From Mobula hypostoma (lineage: Eukaryota), in assembly GCF_963921235.1 (NCBI RefSeq), contig NC_086097.1, positions 249,428,001 through 249,492,000 of the forward strand: 64,000 bases of DNA. Reading direction: 5' to 3'. Under the pieces are notes generated by a model. That model was not told where the DNA came from and ran no database searches. It was given only the letters and a program-made list of their open reading frames with translations. This document shows, in pieces, positions 50,356 to 62,367 of the stretch. The position numbers were made by a program, and so were the translations under genes. The first letter of the stretch is position 1; each line of letters begins with the position of its first letter.

Positions 50356-50718
50356 ATGAGACGTATCTATTTTCTGACTGTCCATATTTTATTTGCTATT
50401 GTGCATTTATTATGGATAATTTGTCACGTGGGTGGAGGTGTGCTGGAGCAAATAAGTACAGTACAGTTACATCTTCACTCCGTCTTAGGTGAGTTTAGTC
50501 TAGTTCTGAAAGGGGGTGATTTTTTTTTGTTGACAGATAGTTGGAACACTAACTTTGCTCAGTTACGCTAATCAGAACTATTGTATAGTTGAGATTGCTA
50601 ACTTTGTTATTTCGTTAATTTTGTTATATCAGTAATTTGGTTTTGTTAGTTTTTTTATAGCGATAAGGTCACTCGTCTTTGCTGGTTTCGTAATAAAGGA
50701 TTGAACGGACAATAACAC

Positions 50719-53700
50719 CATAAGACATAGGAACAAAATCAGGCCATCTGGCCCATCAAGTCTGCTCCACCATTCAATCATGGCTGATCCGTTTTTTTTT
50801 AAATCTCCTCCTCAACCCCAGTTCCTGGCCTTCTCCCTGTAACCTTTGATGCCATGTCCAATCAAGAACCTATCAATCTCTGCCTTAAATACACCCAACA
50901 ACCTGGCCTCCACAGCTGCATGTGGCAACAAATTCCACAAATTCACTACCATCTGGCTAAAGAAAAATGTCTGCATATCTGTGTTGAAAGGGCACCCCTC
51001 TATCCTGTGGCTATGCCCTCTTAACCTAGACTCCCCCACCATGGGAATCATCCTTTCCACATCTACTCTGTCTAGGCCTTTCAACATTCGATAGGTTTCA
51101 ATGAGATCGCCCCTCATCCTTCTGAATTCCAGCGAGTACAGACCCAGACCAATCAAATGTTCCTCGTATGATAACCCTTTCATTCCTGGAATCATCCTTG
51201 TGTTACCATGTTAGTAACTTTCCTGTAATACAGGGGTGTCAAACTCATTTTAGGTCACGGGTCGGATTGGGCAAAATGCGACTTCATGCGGGCCGGATCA
51301 GTTGTGCGCGCGCATGCTCCCACAGCTTTCGTTGCCTTTGTTTTTTCAACCTGCTCTCATGTGTCTCAGTCTCTGCTATAACTACAAAGTGTTTTGCTTT
51401 ATTTTTATGATTGGTATTAACTTACAGTCGTAGGCTACAAGAAAGTTGTGATGAGAGAGAGAAAAAACTATGCTATTTTGGCTAAGATTGTTTTGGGAGC
51501 CACACCCTTTCCATTAATAAACCATTTGAAATCGAACATTAGCAGACACAAATGTAGACCTAACGAAACAAATTGTAAATGTAGGCTACACAATTGCACC
51601 TAATTTTTATTAGCCTGCTTCCAGCAATCAAACCCAGACAGTGAACACAGTTAGCCTCTAATTTTTATTTAAGTGACCATATTTACTATAATAGAATAGT
51701 CAGAAAATGAATCACAATATTATGACACTGAATATTTCATAATGCATTTTGCTTACATGTCGCAGTGCATTGACCAGTGTCACTCATTTTTCACTTGCTG
51801 CTTCCAGACACCTGACATCTCTTGGCTTTAACCAGCCTGCCAACATCAGGGACCAGTTTCTGGGCAGCTATGATTTTCATATCATTTAGATGTCTGTGTG
51901 TCAGCTGCGAGCACAGTTTGGATTTGTTAATGTTCATTATGGAGAACGCCTACTCACAGAGATATGTTGTCCCGAACATGCAAAGGTTCTTTGAGACAAA
52001 GTCTGTCATCTTGGGGTACATCGGTCCCAGGTATTGATAGAATGAGTCCAGACCCACAGTCTCAAATTTATATTTCCAAGCCGAGTTACACTGAATTTCA
52101 ATTAGTTCCATTTGGAGTTCCTCCAGCACATCTGATGCTGTGTTGACAGCAAACGGCGAGCAAAATAGTGAGAATTCCTTCTCAAGCTGAGTGAAGACTT
52201 GGAAACGATTCTGAAACTCACTTTTCAGCTGTGATATTTTGACCTTGTACCTGTCCATGTTGTCATTATTCCCATCAGTGACACGCACAGACTGCAAAGA
52301 GGGGAAATGAGCTGGGTTGTTCCAGGGTAGTTGCATCTCTCACAGGCCTAATTTAATTTGAAAGGCAAGAATGCTGTCGTAGTATTCCGTAACAAGTTTG
52401 TTGCAGCCTTGCATGTTAACATTAAGTACATATAAGTGCTCTGTTATATCCACCAAAAATGCCAGATCATGAAGCCAGTCTGGGTCATCCAACTCTGCCA
52501 CTGACTTCCCTTTCTCGTTCATGAATAGTCCAATTTCCGCACGTAATTGAAAAAAACGTTTGAGCACAATCCCTCTGCTCAACCAGCGGACTTCAGTGTG
52601 GTAGGGTAGGCCGTGCCCAATATTATTTTCGGACAAAAGAGTGTCAAATTGCCGATGGTTGAATCCCTTGGCTCTAATAAATTAACTGTTTTGATTACTA
52701 CATCCATGACATAGTCCATTTTCAGGCTCCTGCTACATAACGCCTCTTGGTGTATAATACAATAAAAAATCCAGAATTTCTGCTCTGGATTCTCTGTCGG
52801 AACTTTCTCTCTGAGTTTCGCAACAACACCTGTCTTTTTCACGACCACGCTGACAGTGTGACTCCAGTCAATCCCCAGTCTGTCCAAGGCCTCGACGAGG
52901 CTGGAGAAAACGTCGTTTGCCGTTGTGGTGTTTGTCATGGGCACCATCTCCACAAACTCCTCGGTGACGGTCAAAGATGCATCAACACCACGAAAAAATA
53001 TTCCCAATTGAGCTACATCAGCCATGTTGGTGCTCTCATCAATTGCAATAGAGAAGGCAATAAATGACTTCACTTTGTCTTTTAGTTGACTGTTCAAATC
53101 TCCTGCAAGGTCCCCGATTCTCTCTGCCACAGTATTTCTTGACAAGCTGATATTACCAAAAGTCTGTCTCTTCTCAGGGCATACCAGCTCAGCCGCCGTC
53201 AGCATGCATGCTTTGATGAATTCTCCCTCTGAGTATGGCTTTGGTGCAGCAGCTATTTTGTTGGCAATAATATAGCTGGCCTTGACAGCTCCATCATGAG
53301 TCTCTCGACTTTTGGTGAACACTGATTGCTGTTTTTTCAGAGCTGCTTCAAGCTCATTTACCTTTTGCATTCTGAATCGTCCTGCGTACTTGTCATGTTT
53401 TTCTCCGTGTGACATCTCAGTGTCGTTTGATATTGTATTCTTTTGCCACAGTCACTTGTTGCCAGCATATCAGACACACAGGTTTGCCGTTGACCTCACA
53501 GAAGAAAAAAAGATCTTTCCAAATATCATTGAATATCCAACCTTCGATGTCAACTTTTCTTTTCTATTTGAACCACAGCAGCAAATAGTCTCAGCCTTGC
53601 TACAGGTGTTACTTACCTGAGTACTCTGTGTGTTGTCTGACGATGTAAGTGGGGCCCCCGTGGTCTTCAGTGCGGGGTTGGTAGTTGTTTATGCACGGCG

Positions 53701-56665
53701 GGTGGTTAACTGCCGCCTATTGTTTTCTAAGTACACACAGCAAGCTGCTGGCGCAGCAGGCAGCACAGACAGCGGTGGGAGAGAGAGTGGCTGCCGTACA
53801 GATACATAATAAATAGTCATGAATATACATTTTTTCTCCCCAAATCATCCCGCGGGCCGGTAGTTTGACATCCCTGCTGTAATACCATGGGCTCTTAACT
53901 TGGAAAGCAGCCTCATGCGTGACACCTTGTCACAGGCCTTCTGAAAATCCAAATATTCAACATCCATTGCTTCCCCTTTATCTATCCCACTTGTAATCTC
54001 CTCAAAGAATTCCAACAGATTCATCAGGCAGGATTCTCCCTGAAGGAAACCATGCTGACTTTGTACTATCTTGTCCTGTGTCACCAAGTACTCCGTCACC
54101 TCCATCACAATTGACTCTAACATCTTCCCAACCATTGAGGTCAGGCTAACTGGTCTATAATTTCCTTTCTGCTGCCTTTCTCATTTCTTTAATAGTGGTG
54201 TAAAATTTGCAATTTTCCAGTCCTCTGGCACCGTGCCAGAGTCCAATGATTTTTTGAAAGATCACTTCTAGTGCCACCACAATCTCTAACGCTATCTCTT
54301 TTAGAACCCTAGGGTGCAGTTCCTCTGGTCCAGGTGACTTATGTACCTTTAGGTCTTTCAGCTTTTTGAGCACCTTCTCTATTGTAACTAACTGCACCAA
54401 CTTTTCTTCCTTCACACACATCAGGCATACTGCTAGTGTCTTCCACAGTGAAGACTGACGTAAAATACTCATTTACAGACTGTAGTTCATCACCCATGTT
54501 CCTGTCCCCCATTATTATTTCTCCTGTCTCATTTTCTAACAGTCCAAGATCCACTCTCATCTCTCTTTCATTTCTAATATACTTGAAAAAACATTCCACT
54601 TCGATATTATTTGTTAGCTTGCTTTCATATTTCATCTGTTCCCTTCTAATGATTTTTTAGTTGCTCTCTGTAGGTTTTAAAAACTTCCCAATCCTTTATC
54701 TGCCCACTAATTTTTGCTTTGTTGTATGTCCTTTTGTTTTGCTTTTACAATAGCTTTGACTTCCTTTGTTAGCCATGGTTGTACTATTTTACCATTTGAG
54801 TATTTCTTCATTTTTGGAATACTCATGTCCTGCACCTTCCTCATTTTTCCAAGAAACGCACACCATTACTGCTCTGCTGACATCCCTGCCAACAGCTCCT
54901 TCCAATTTACTTTGGCCAACTCCTCTCTCATACCACTGTAATTTCCCTTACTCCACTGAAATACTGCTACATCAGACTTTACTTTCTCCCTCATCAAATT
55001 TCATGTTGAACACAATCATATTGTGATCACTCTTTCCTAAGGGTTCTTTTACTTTAAGCTCCCTAATCGCCTCTGGTTCATTACATAATACCCAATCCAG
55101 TACAGCTGATCCCCTCGTAGGCTCAACGACAAACTGCTCTAAAAATCCACCTCTTAGGCATTCAACAAACTCACTCTCTTGAGATCCATTACCAACCTAA
55201 TTTTCCGAAAATTTCCCATGACTACCATAACATTGCCATTTTGACTAGCCTTTTCTATTTCCTGTTGTAACCTGTGGGCAACCTCCCAGTCACTGTTGGG
55301 AGACCTGTAGATAACTGTCATTAACGTCCTTTTACCCTTGCAGTTTCTTAACTCAACCCACAAGAATTCAACATCTTTCGATCCTACGTCACATCTTTCT
55401 ACTGACTTGATGTCATTCTTTACCAGTAAAGCCACACCACCCCCTCTGCCTACCTTCCTATCCCTCCAATAAAATGTTTAACCTTGGACATTCAGCTCCC
55501 AACTACAACCATCCTTCAGCCGCGATTCAGTGATGGCCACAACATCATTCCTGGCAATCTGTAATATTGCAACAAGATCATCCACCTTATTTCTCATACT
55601 ACGCACATTTAGGTACAACACCTTGAGTATCATATTTGCTATCCTTTCTGACTCTGCATCCCTAATGAATTGATACTCAGCCTGTTGGCTGCAACTAAGT
55701 CCCATCACCTGCCTGCCTTTCCTGACAGTCTGACTGCACGCTATCTTTACTTTTTTATCATCCGTCCTAATCTGAGTCCCTTCACTCCAGTTCCCACCCC
55801 ACTGCCAAGTTAGCTTAAACCCTCGGGTTCGGGTGCAACCCATCACTTCTGAACAGGTCATACCTCCCCCAGAAGAGATCCCAGTTATCCAAGAACCTGA
55901 AGCCCTGCCCCCTGCACCAGCTTCTCAGCCACGCAATTATCTGCCAAATCATCCTGTTTCTACCCTCACTGGCGTGTGGCACTGGTAGCAATCCAGAAAT
56001 TACTACCTGGGAGGTTCTGTTTCTCAGCTTTCTACCTAGGTCTCTAAATTCTCGTTCCAGGACCTCTTTGCTTTTCCTTCCTATGTTATTGGTACCAATA
56101 CGTATCAAGACAACTGGCTGCTCCCTCTCCCGCTCCAAAATTTTGTGAACACGATCTGAGACATCCCTGACCCTGGTACCTGGGAGGCGACATACTATCC
56201 GGGTGTCCCATTCGCGTCTACAAAATCTCCTGTCTGTTCCCCTCACTATCGAGTCCCCTATCACTACCACCCCTTTGTTCTCGCTCTTTCCTTTCTGCAC
56301 CACGGTCCCATGCTCGGTGCCTGTAACCAAGTCCCCGTGGCATTTTCCTGGGAGGTCATCCCCCACAAAAGCATCCAAAGTGGTATACTTCTTTTTTGAG
56401 GGGAATGGCCACAGGGGTACTCCGCTCTAACTGCCTATTTCCATTTCTCCTGACAGTCACCCAGCTACTCACCTCCTGCAACTTCGGTGTGACTACTTCC
56501 CTGTAACTTTGATCAATTATATCCTCGCTCTCCCGTACAAGCCGTAGGCCATCCATCTGCTGCTCCAGATCCCTAACGCGGTCTTCAAGGAGCTGTAGCT
56601 GGATGCACTTCACGCAGATATAGTTCCCTGGGAGACTCTGGGTCGAAGAACACACCACAGCTATT
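50719..56665 (-). mobile_element. Near full-length CR1 LINE interrupted by a hAT transposon and an internal deletion
   Basis: ORF1 CVKCIQLQLLEDRV..VIGDSIVRG..DGLHPN; ORF2 YLNVRSMRNK..AITES..KSPGP..YLDFQKA; 3' end at 50719-51200. Confidence 0.92.
51231..53876 (-). mobile_element. Full-length hAT transposon (SPIN/Buster, GTF2IRD2-like transposase), pseudogenised
   Basis: Perfect 8-bp TSD CTGTAATA at 51223-51230 and 53877-53884; 15-bp TIRs CAGGG(G/A)TGTCAAACT. Motifs [39 protein letters not shown] and MFGTTYLCE. Confidence 0.95.
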
Positions 56666-57734
56666 TAAATGGTACTTCTTAGATTTTGGAGCTTAATTAT
56701 TTTGGAAGCGCATCATACAGTGTTCAATACTCCAATACTCATTCTCTCAGCTGTTTTGGTTTGCTTTCAAGTAACTGCTGCAGAGGGAAATTAATATCAA
56801 TACTTTGGGCTAAGACCCTTCATCAGACTTGAAAGTAATAGGGCAGAAGCCAAAATAAAAAGGTGGAGGAGTGGAGCACAAGTTGGTGGGTGATAGGTGA
56901 ATCTAGGGGAGGAAAAGAAGATGGGATGGTGGGGGAGTGAGGGGAAGTAGGAATAATGTGAGAATGTTAATGTTTTCCCTAACAATGTCAAAAATAAATT
57001 GAAGAATGAAACAGAAAAGGAGGAAGGAGGCTAGTATTGCCAAGTTGCTCTGACTGACTTCAAAGCAAAATAGAAGTGAGGAAGAATGCACTCCTTTTCT
57101 GTTTACAGACTGTGATACGCAGCGTTGCTAGGCCCACGGAAAAGAACTGAGGTACTAAATCTTTGTGTCTGCATGCCCAGATCGAGGGACTTCATTTGTT
57201 TATTACTGCAGATACCTGTGTCATTGGGACAGCCAGGTAATACTGTGAGAGCAACTATTCCGGAGATCATGGTGTCCTGGCCTGGAGAAGAGGTAAGAAG
57301 GTGTTTGTCCTGCTGCTGTTGCGTGTGTCTTTTTGTATGTTGTTGAGCTGAAAATTGTGCGATTGCTACGCTGGCGCTGGAAGCACGGCGACACCTGCGG
57401 ACTGCCCCCAGCACACCCCTCAAACCGTGCTGGTTGTTGACGTTAAAATGACACATTCCACCGAATGCTTCGATGTACATGTGTTTAATAAATCTAATCC
57501 CATCCAGTTAGCTGATGACAACAGATCAGAAAAGTGCAGCATTAGCACCAAGAAGTCCGATGACTGACGATTATGAAGCACAAGTCTGGTAGCTGATACT
57601 GAGCACAAAGACCTATATTATTCATAATAGGCAGGCAGTGCAAAATGATAAACCCATACCAATCTGTAACTGTTAAGATCCATACCCACTTTCTCTGAAG
57701 AGTGAAATATATTTGAACATAAAAACATTGGCAC

Positions 57735-57906
57735 CTTTGACTTTTGGAACATCGATGAGAGATGCACGGGTCTTTGGATGCACAGGATCCAAATTCAAAC
57801 TGACTATCCTGCAATCCAACACATCGTGCGATACAGGCACTTGGGTAAGTACGTCCATTGTGGGCACAAACAGGAACGAACTGGTCAGCACAATTACATG
57901 GTAGAC
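57735..57906 (-). CDS. RECK: RECK coding exon (human exon 16 equivalent), Kazal-like motif
   Basis: LPCNCADQFVPVCAHNGRTYPSACIARCVGLQDSQFEFGSCASKDPCISHRCSKSQ(R). Acceptor ctatAG, donor GTgcca, 172 nt, phase 1/2. Confidence 0.96.
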
Positions 57907-59120
57907 CTATAGAAGACAAGGGATGAATAATTTACTTGGGAATATTCATACTGAAAATCACATTCATTCACAGCACAAAATAAACAGATTAGCATTTTCT
58001 TTCTGTTCATTGTTATAAAATCTATCACCCAGTTTTCAGTCATGCAAGTTAACTTAGCTAAAATCTTGAACTGGGGTCTAAAATATCCAGTTTAAGATCC
58101 AAAGTGCAAGGTTATAACAAAGTGGATTGTGAGGCCGAGAATACACCTCATCATAGAAGAGGTCCATCTAAGGGTCTGATTACACTGGGATAGAAGCTGT
58201 CCTTGAGCCTGGTGGCTTAATACTTGCAAATATAACAAGGCAAATGTCTTTAACTAGCTTCTATTTATGGCTCCTTTTGGCAGGACAAGAGAAACTGGGA
58301 TTATACTTCTTTGAGTTAAGAAGGTTAATGGACAAAATGCTCTTATTGGGGTAGACAAGATAATATTCCTGCCTTTGGCAAATGTGCTGGTAAGTAAATG
58401 TCAATGATTTAAAGAATCCTGGTTGGAATTGGGGAGACTTTGCCTTACACATCATGATGATCCATTGGATTTACCAAGTGCTTTTAAATTACAGACTCTG
58501 GAAGAAACAGCAGTGCTGCGAATCTCATTTCAGTTGTTAGTGCTCAGGCCCATCAGTGTGCCGTGCTCTGACTCTGAATGCACCACCATCTGGTATGAAA
58601 TTGCAATGCAGCACAAGACCCTGCAATGTATAGTGAGGACCGCAGCAAACATCACCGGGGTCGCTCTCCATCCCCCATTCAGGACATGTATCAAAAGCAC
58701 TGCATACGCAACGCCGACATCAATGCCAAAAACCCCTCCCATCCTTCCCACAATCTCTGTGACGTCTTGCCGTTAGGCAGGAGGTAACGCAGCACAAGAA
58801 TCAGAACTTTCAGGCTGTGTAACAGCTTCTTTCCCAGGCTGCTGGACTTAACTTGCACCCTGCTGCCACCCAGCACTCTTGTACACCCTGTCTGAATGCC
58901 CTGCCCCCTCCTCCCCCACTCCCAAACTCTCATCCTGCATTGGTCACTTTTCATCTCTTATTGCTGCTGTTTTATACAATTGTCTGTTTTATTATAATAG
59001 TGCCAGTAATACTACCTTGTCTTACATAAACCGGCACCTCACACTTTATGTCAACATGTCAATATTCAGGCCATGTCACTCACGGAGTTGTGTTGATACT
59101 GTTTTGTGACTGTATGTACC

Positions 59121-59390
59121 GGATTGTAACTATATGTGCTGTGTGTGACTGTATGGATTGTAACTATATGTGCTGTGTGTGACTGTATGGATTGTAACTA
59201 TATGTGCTGTGTGTGACTGTATGGATTGTAACTATATGTGCTGTGTGTGACTATGGATTGTAACTATGTGCGCTGTGTGTGACTGTATGGATTGTAACTA
59301 TATGTGCTGTGTGTGACTGTATGGATTGTAACTATATGTGCTGTGTGTGACTGTATGGATTGTAACTATATGTGCTGTGTGTGACTGTAT
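59121..59390. repeat. 34-bp minisatellite, 8 copies, inside a LINE 3' tail
   Basis: Unit GGATTGTAACTATATGTGCTGTGTGTGACTGTAT; one copy is 2 nt shorter. Confidence 0.93.
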
Positions 59391-59784
59391 GACTGTGTTT
59401 TGCGCCTTGGCCCCAGAGGAATAATGTTTCGTTTAGCTATATGTCTGTATGGTTGACATGAGACAGTCTGCAGGTGCTGGAGATCTGCAGGAATACACCC
59501 AAAACACTGGAGGAACTCAGCAGGTCAGGCAGCATCTTTGGAAAAGAGCAAACCATCAACGTTTCAGACTGAAACCCTTCACTCGGACTGACGAAGGGTC
59601 TCGGCCAAAACTTAACCTTGAACCTGATTCTGTAATGTGTGCTGGCATCAAGCTGGTTGCTTCTTCCACTGTGGAAAGTTAGAAAGATTTGAATCCAGCA
59701 TTTAAATTTCCCCAAGAGATCCCTGTATGAGTAATTAAGAATTTTGTTCTACAACCTTCATTTTCAGAAAGCATGCTATACATA

Positions 59785-60720
59785 TAGCATTGTTCAGAAG
59801 TCTTAGACACATATACTGTACATAGCTAGAAAGCCTAAGACTTTTGCACAGTACTGTATTTGTCAACATGGAGCGGAGAGCGAGTTTATAAATCTGGTGG
59901 GAGCATAGGATATTGGGAATAGTGAGGGTGGAGTGCCGCGGAAGGGGTGTGAGACAGGTAGTAGAGAAGGAGTGCCAGGGGCAGGTGGTGGTGTGGGTGC
60001 AGACACACCCAACCCTGAGAAACCAGGTAAGGTCATTTGATTCCAAAGAATTGGTTTATTGATGATTACAAAATGTCTCTCTGGTGCTTCCCACTCCCTC
60101 CCCTCTCCCTTCCCCTTTTCCCAAACATAATTCCCATCCGTCTGCCCCCTTCCCACTCTTAGTCCACACCAGAGACCCGTATCAGATTCAGGTTTATCAT
60201 CACTTACGTACATCATGAAACTTGTTCTTGTTTTTTTGTTGAGGCAGTACAGCGTAATACATAAAATTGCTACAGTGCTGTGAAAAATTAGGTGACGGGG
60301 TGGAGATACATCTCTACCAAAGGAGATGTAAGGTACTACTTCCCTCTGCTGGCCTGCAGGTCACCCTTGGGCAAGGTGTAGCCCCTGATCTGGGTCACGT
60401 GAAACCATGGGAGCAGGTGCTGGATGGTCATGTGAGCAGCTGGTACACATCACATCCTGGTTATATAACCACTGATACCAGGCAAACAATCTCTGAAGAG
60501 TATTGATAACGGCTGGGGTCACCCATCTTGTAAAGATACTGCCCAGAAGGCAGCAATGGCAAACCACTTCTGTAGAAAAATTTGCCAAGAACAATCATGG
60601 TCATGGAAAGACCGCGATTGCCTACATCATACAAAATGGCACATAACAAACAAACAAACTGTGCTAAGCTCTTAGGCACCCTAGTTGTACAACCATGCCT
60701 CAGACTTCTGCATAGTACTG
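59785..60720. mobile_element. Putative compound element: mini-MITE, cargo, mini-MITE (right MITE interrupted by a SINE-like insertion)
   Basis: MITEs at 59785-59856 and 60273-60720. The cargo plus MITE junction recurs, inverted, at 26769-27080. Confidence 0.6.
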
Positions 60721-60734
60721 TATTAAATTCTGAC

Positions 60735-60857
60735 CTGTGAACATTGTCCGATCAATTAGAGAACTGTATTCAGTCAAACACTGACGGTTTGAACAGATCA
60801 GCACCCCTGCAAAACATGAGCACGTGTTGCAGTCCACTTTAAAAGATGTCCCATGGC
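60735..60857 (-). CDS. RECK: RECK coding exon (equivalent to human exon 15)
   Basis: Translated by hand: HGTSFKVDCNTCSCFAGVLICSNRQCLTEYSSLIDRTMFT(G), matching human GHGTSFSIDCNVCSCFAGNLVCSTRLCLSEHSSEDDRRTFTG. Acceptor cccgcAG, donor GTcaga, 123 nt, phase 1/1. Confidence 0.95.
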
Positions 60858-61389
60858 CTGCGGGATACAGGAACAAAAAGAGGATTAATATGTTCAGAAA
60901 AAGCTTGACGTTTCAATCAACAAGAACTTCAAAGGGATCATTTACAAACTATAATCAAGAAGCAAATTTGCAGGTACAGGAAACTTGGAATAAAACAAAG
61001 TAAGAAAATGCTGGAAATATTTGGCAAGTCAGGTAGTTAGTATCTGTACAGAGAAAAGAATTGATATTTGAGGTTGATGACTCTTCTACAGCTCATCATA
61101 CCCGATCTAATCCAAGCTCCTGTCTAACATACTATGTCTTATATCCCAAGGCACTGACTGAACAGCAGCAAGTTTTTATTTGTGCTGATCAAAATTCTAC
61201 CCTTCAATAATAAGTTTAGAATTAGTTTTTAGAATTAGTATCTCATTTGTGCTATCCGGAAAAGCAATAGCTAAATGACGGCAAGGGAAAAGACGCCACA
61301 AGGCCTGCAGTTGCCTGGGGATTTACCATCTGACAGAGGGTGGTTGGAAGGGATGAAAGAGTAGACCAGAGAGTTGCAAATGAGAAATC

Positions 61390-61985
61390 CTATCAATACA
61401 GTTGATAAGGTTGTTAAGAATGTGTATGGTGTGTTGGCCTTGACAGCTTGGGGATTTGATTTCATGAGCCATGAGGTAATGTTGCAGTTCTATAAAACCC
61501 AAGTTAGACCACACCTGGAACATTGTGTTCAGTTCTGGTCAGCTCATTATGAGAAGGATGTGGATGCTTTAGAGATTGTGCAGAGGAAGTTTACCAGGAC
61601 TCTACTAGGACTAGAGAGCATGTCTTCTGAGCAAAGACGAGTGAGCTCAAGCTCACTCTTTGGAGCAAATGAGGTTGAGAGGTGACTTGATAAAGGTGTA
61701 TAAGATAATAAGAGGCACAGATCAAATGGACAGCCAGCAACTTTTGCCCAGGACAAGTGTTTTTTTAAACACCGAGTGGTGGATGCATGGAATGCCCTGC
61801 CAGGGATGGTGGTAGAGGCGGGTACATTACCGGCATTTAAGAAACTCTGGGATAGGCAATGCATGATGGAAAAATGAAGGGTTATGCAGGAGGGAAGAAT
61901 TAGACTGACCTTTAATTAAGATTAGCACAACATTGTAGGCCAAAGGGCCTGTACTGTGACATAATGCTCTATGGCCTATGTTCAA
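61390..61985 (+). mobile_element. Degenerate CR1 3' fragment
   Basis: VRPHLEHCVQFWSAHY. Confidence 0.82.
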
Positions 61986-62367
61986 AATGCTGAAAGGAAG
62001 GAGGTGGTAGAATTTTGTAGCAGTTTGTGGAAATTATGAAACTTTAACAAATACTCTTCAAGCATCTGAATACAATTTAAAAACAGCAAATTGGTTAAAT
62101 GCCATCAACGTCCAAATCAACGGTTTAAATTTTCATTCTTTTCCATTGGAATTATACATAAAGCAGACTCTGATACTGTAGTTTAGAAGCAAGAGAAATA
62201 CTGGTTAGTGCTGTTCACAAAATAAATCGTAAAAGTAACATGGACATTCATAACTTCAGTCCAGCTTGCTGGGAGTGCTTGAGCTTAACAAGTCCCAGGT
62301 CAAAAGCTATTTATTAATCCCGAGGAAATTAATGTAATATTTCAAAATCACAAGGCTTATACTTAAT

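Noticed and set aside
50026..50571. 181-aa ORF
   Set aside because: It runs across the boundary of a TSD-flanked insertion into unrelated sequence and has no recognisable domain.
51950..53415. Host gene GTF2IRD2/EPM2AIP1/ZBED-like
   Set aside because: It is frameshifted, contains stops, and is enclosed by TIRs and a TSD, so it is a transposon copy rather than a domesticated gene.
15545..57545. Other CTGANGA words in non-PLE sequence (e.g. ~15552, 29222, 38758, 57512) as hammerheads
   Set aside because: No pairing stem II followed by GAAA and a UH site; 29222 is simply the WSDE codons of the Tc1 transposase.
57729..57735. Weak RECK donor GTGCCA (and the AAG acceptor at 35991) as signs of pseudogenisation
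   Set aside because: Both are GT-AG compliant, the phases match across all seven exons, and the cysteines are conserved with no stops.
59121..59390. 34-bp repeats as a CRISPR array
   Set aside because: The units are directly adjacent with no unique spacers, there are no cas genes, and the context is eukaryotic. The same applies to the 33-bp array at 5748-5945.
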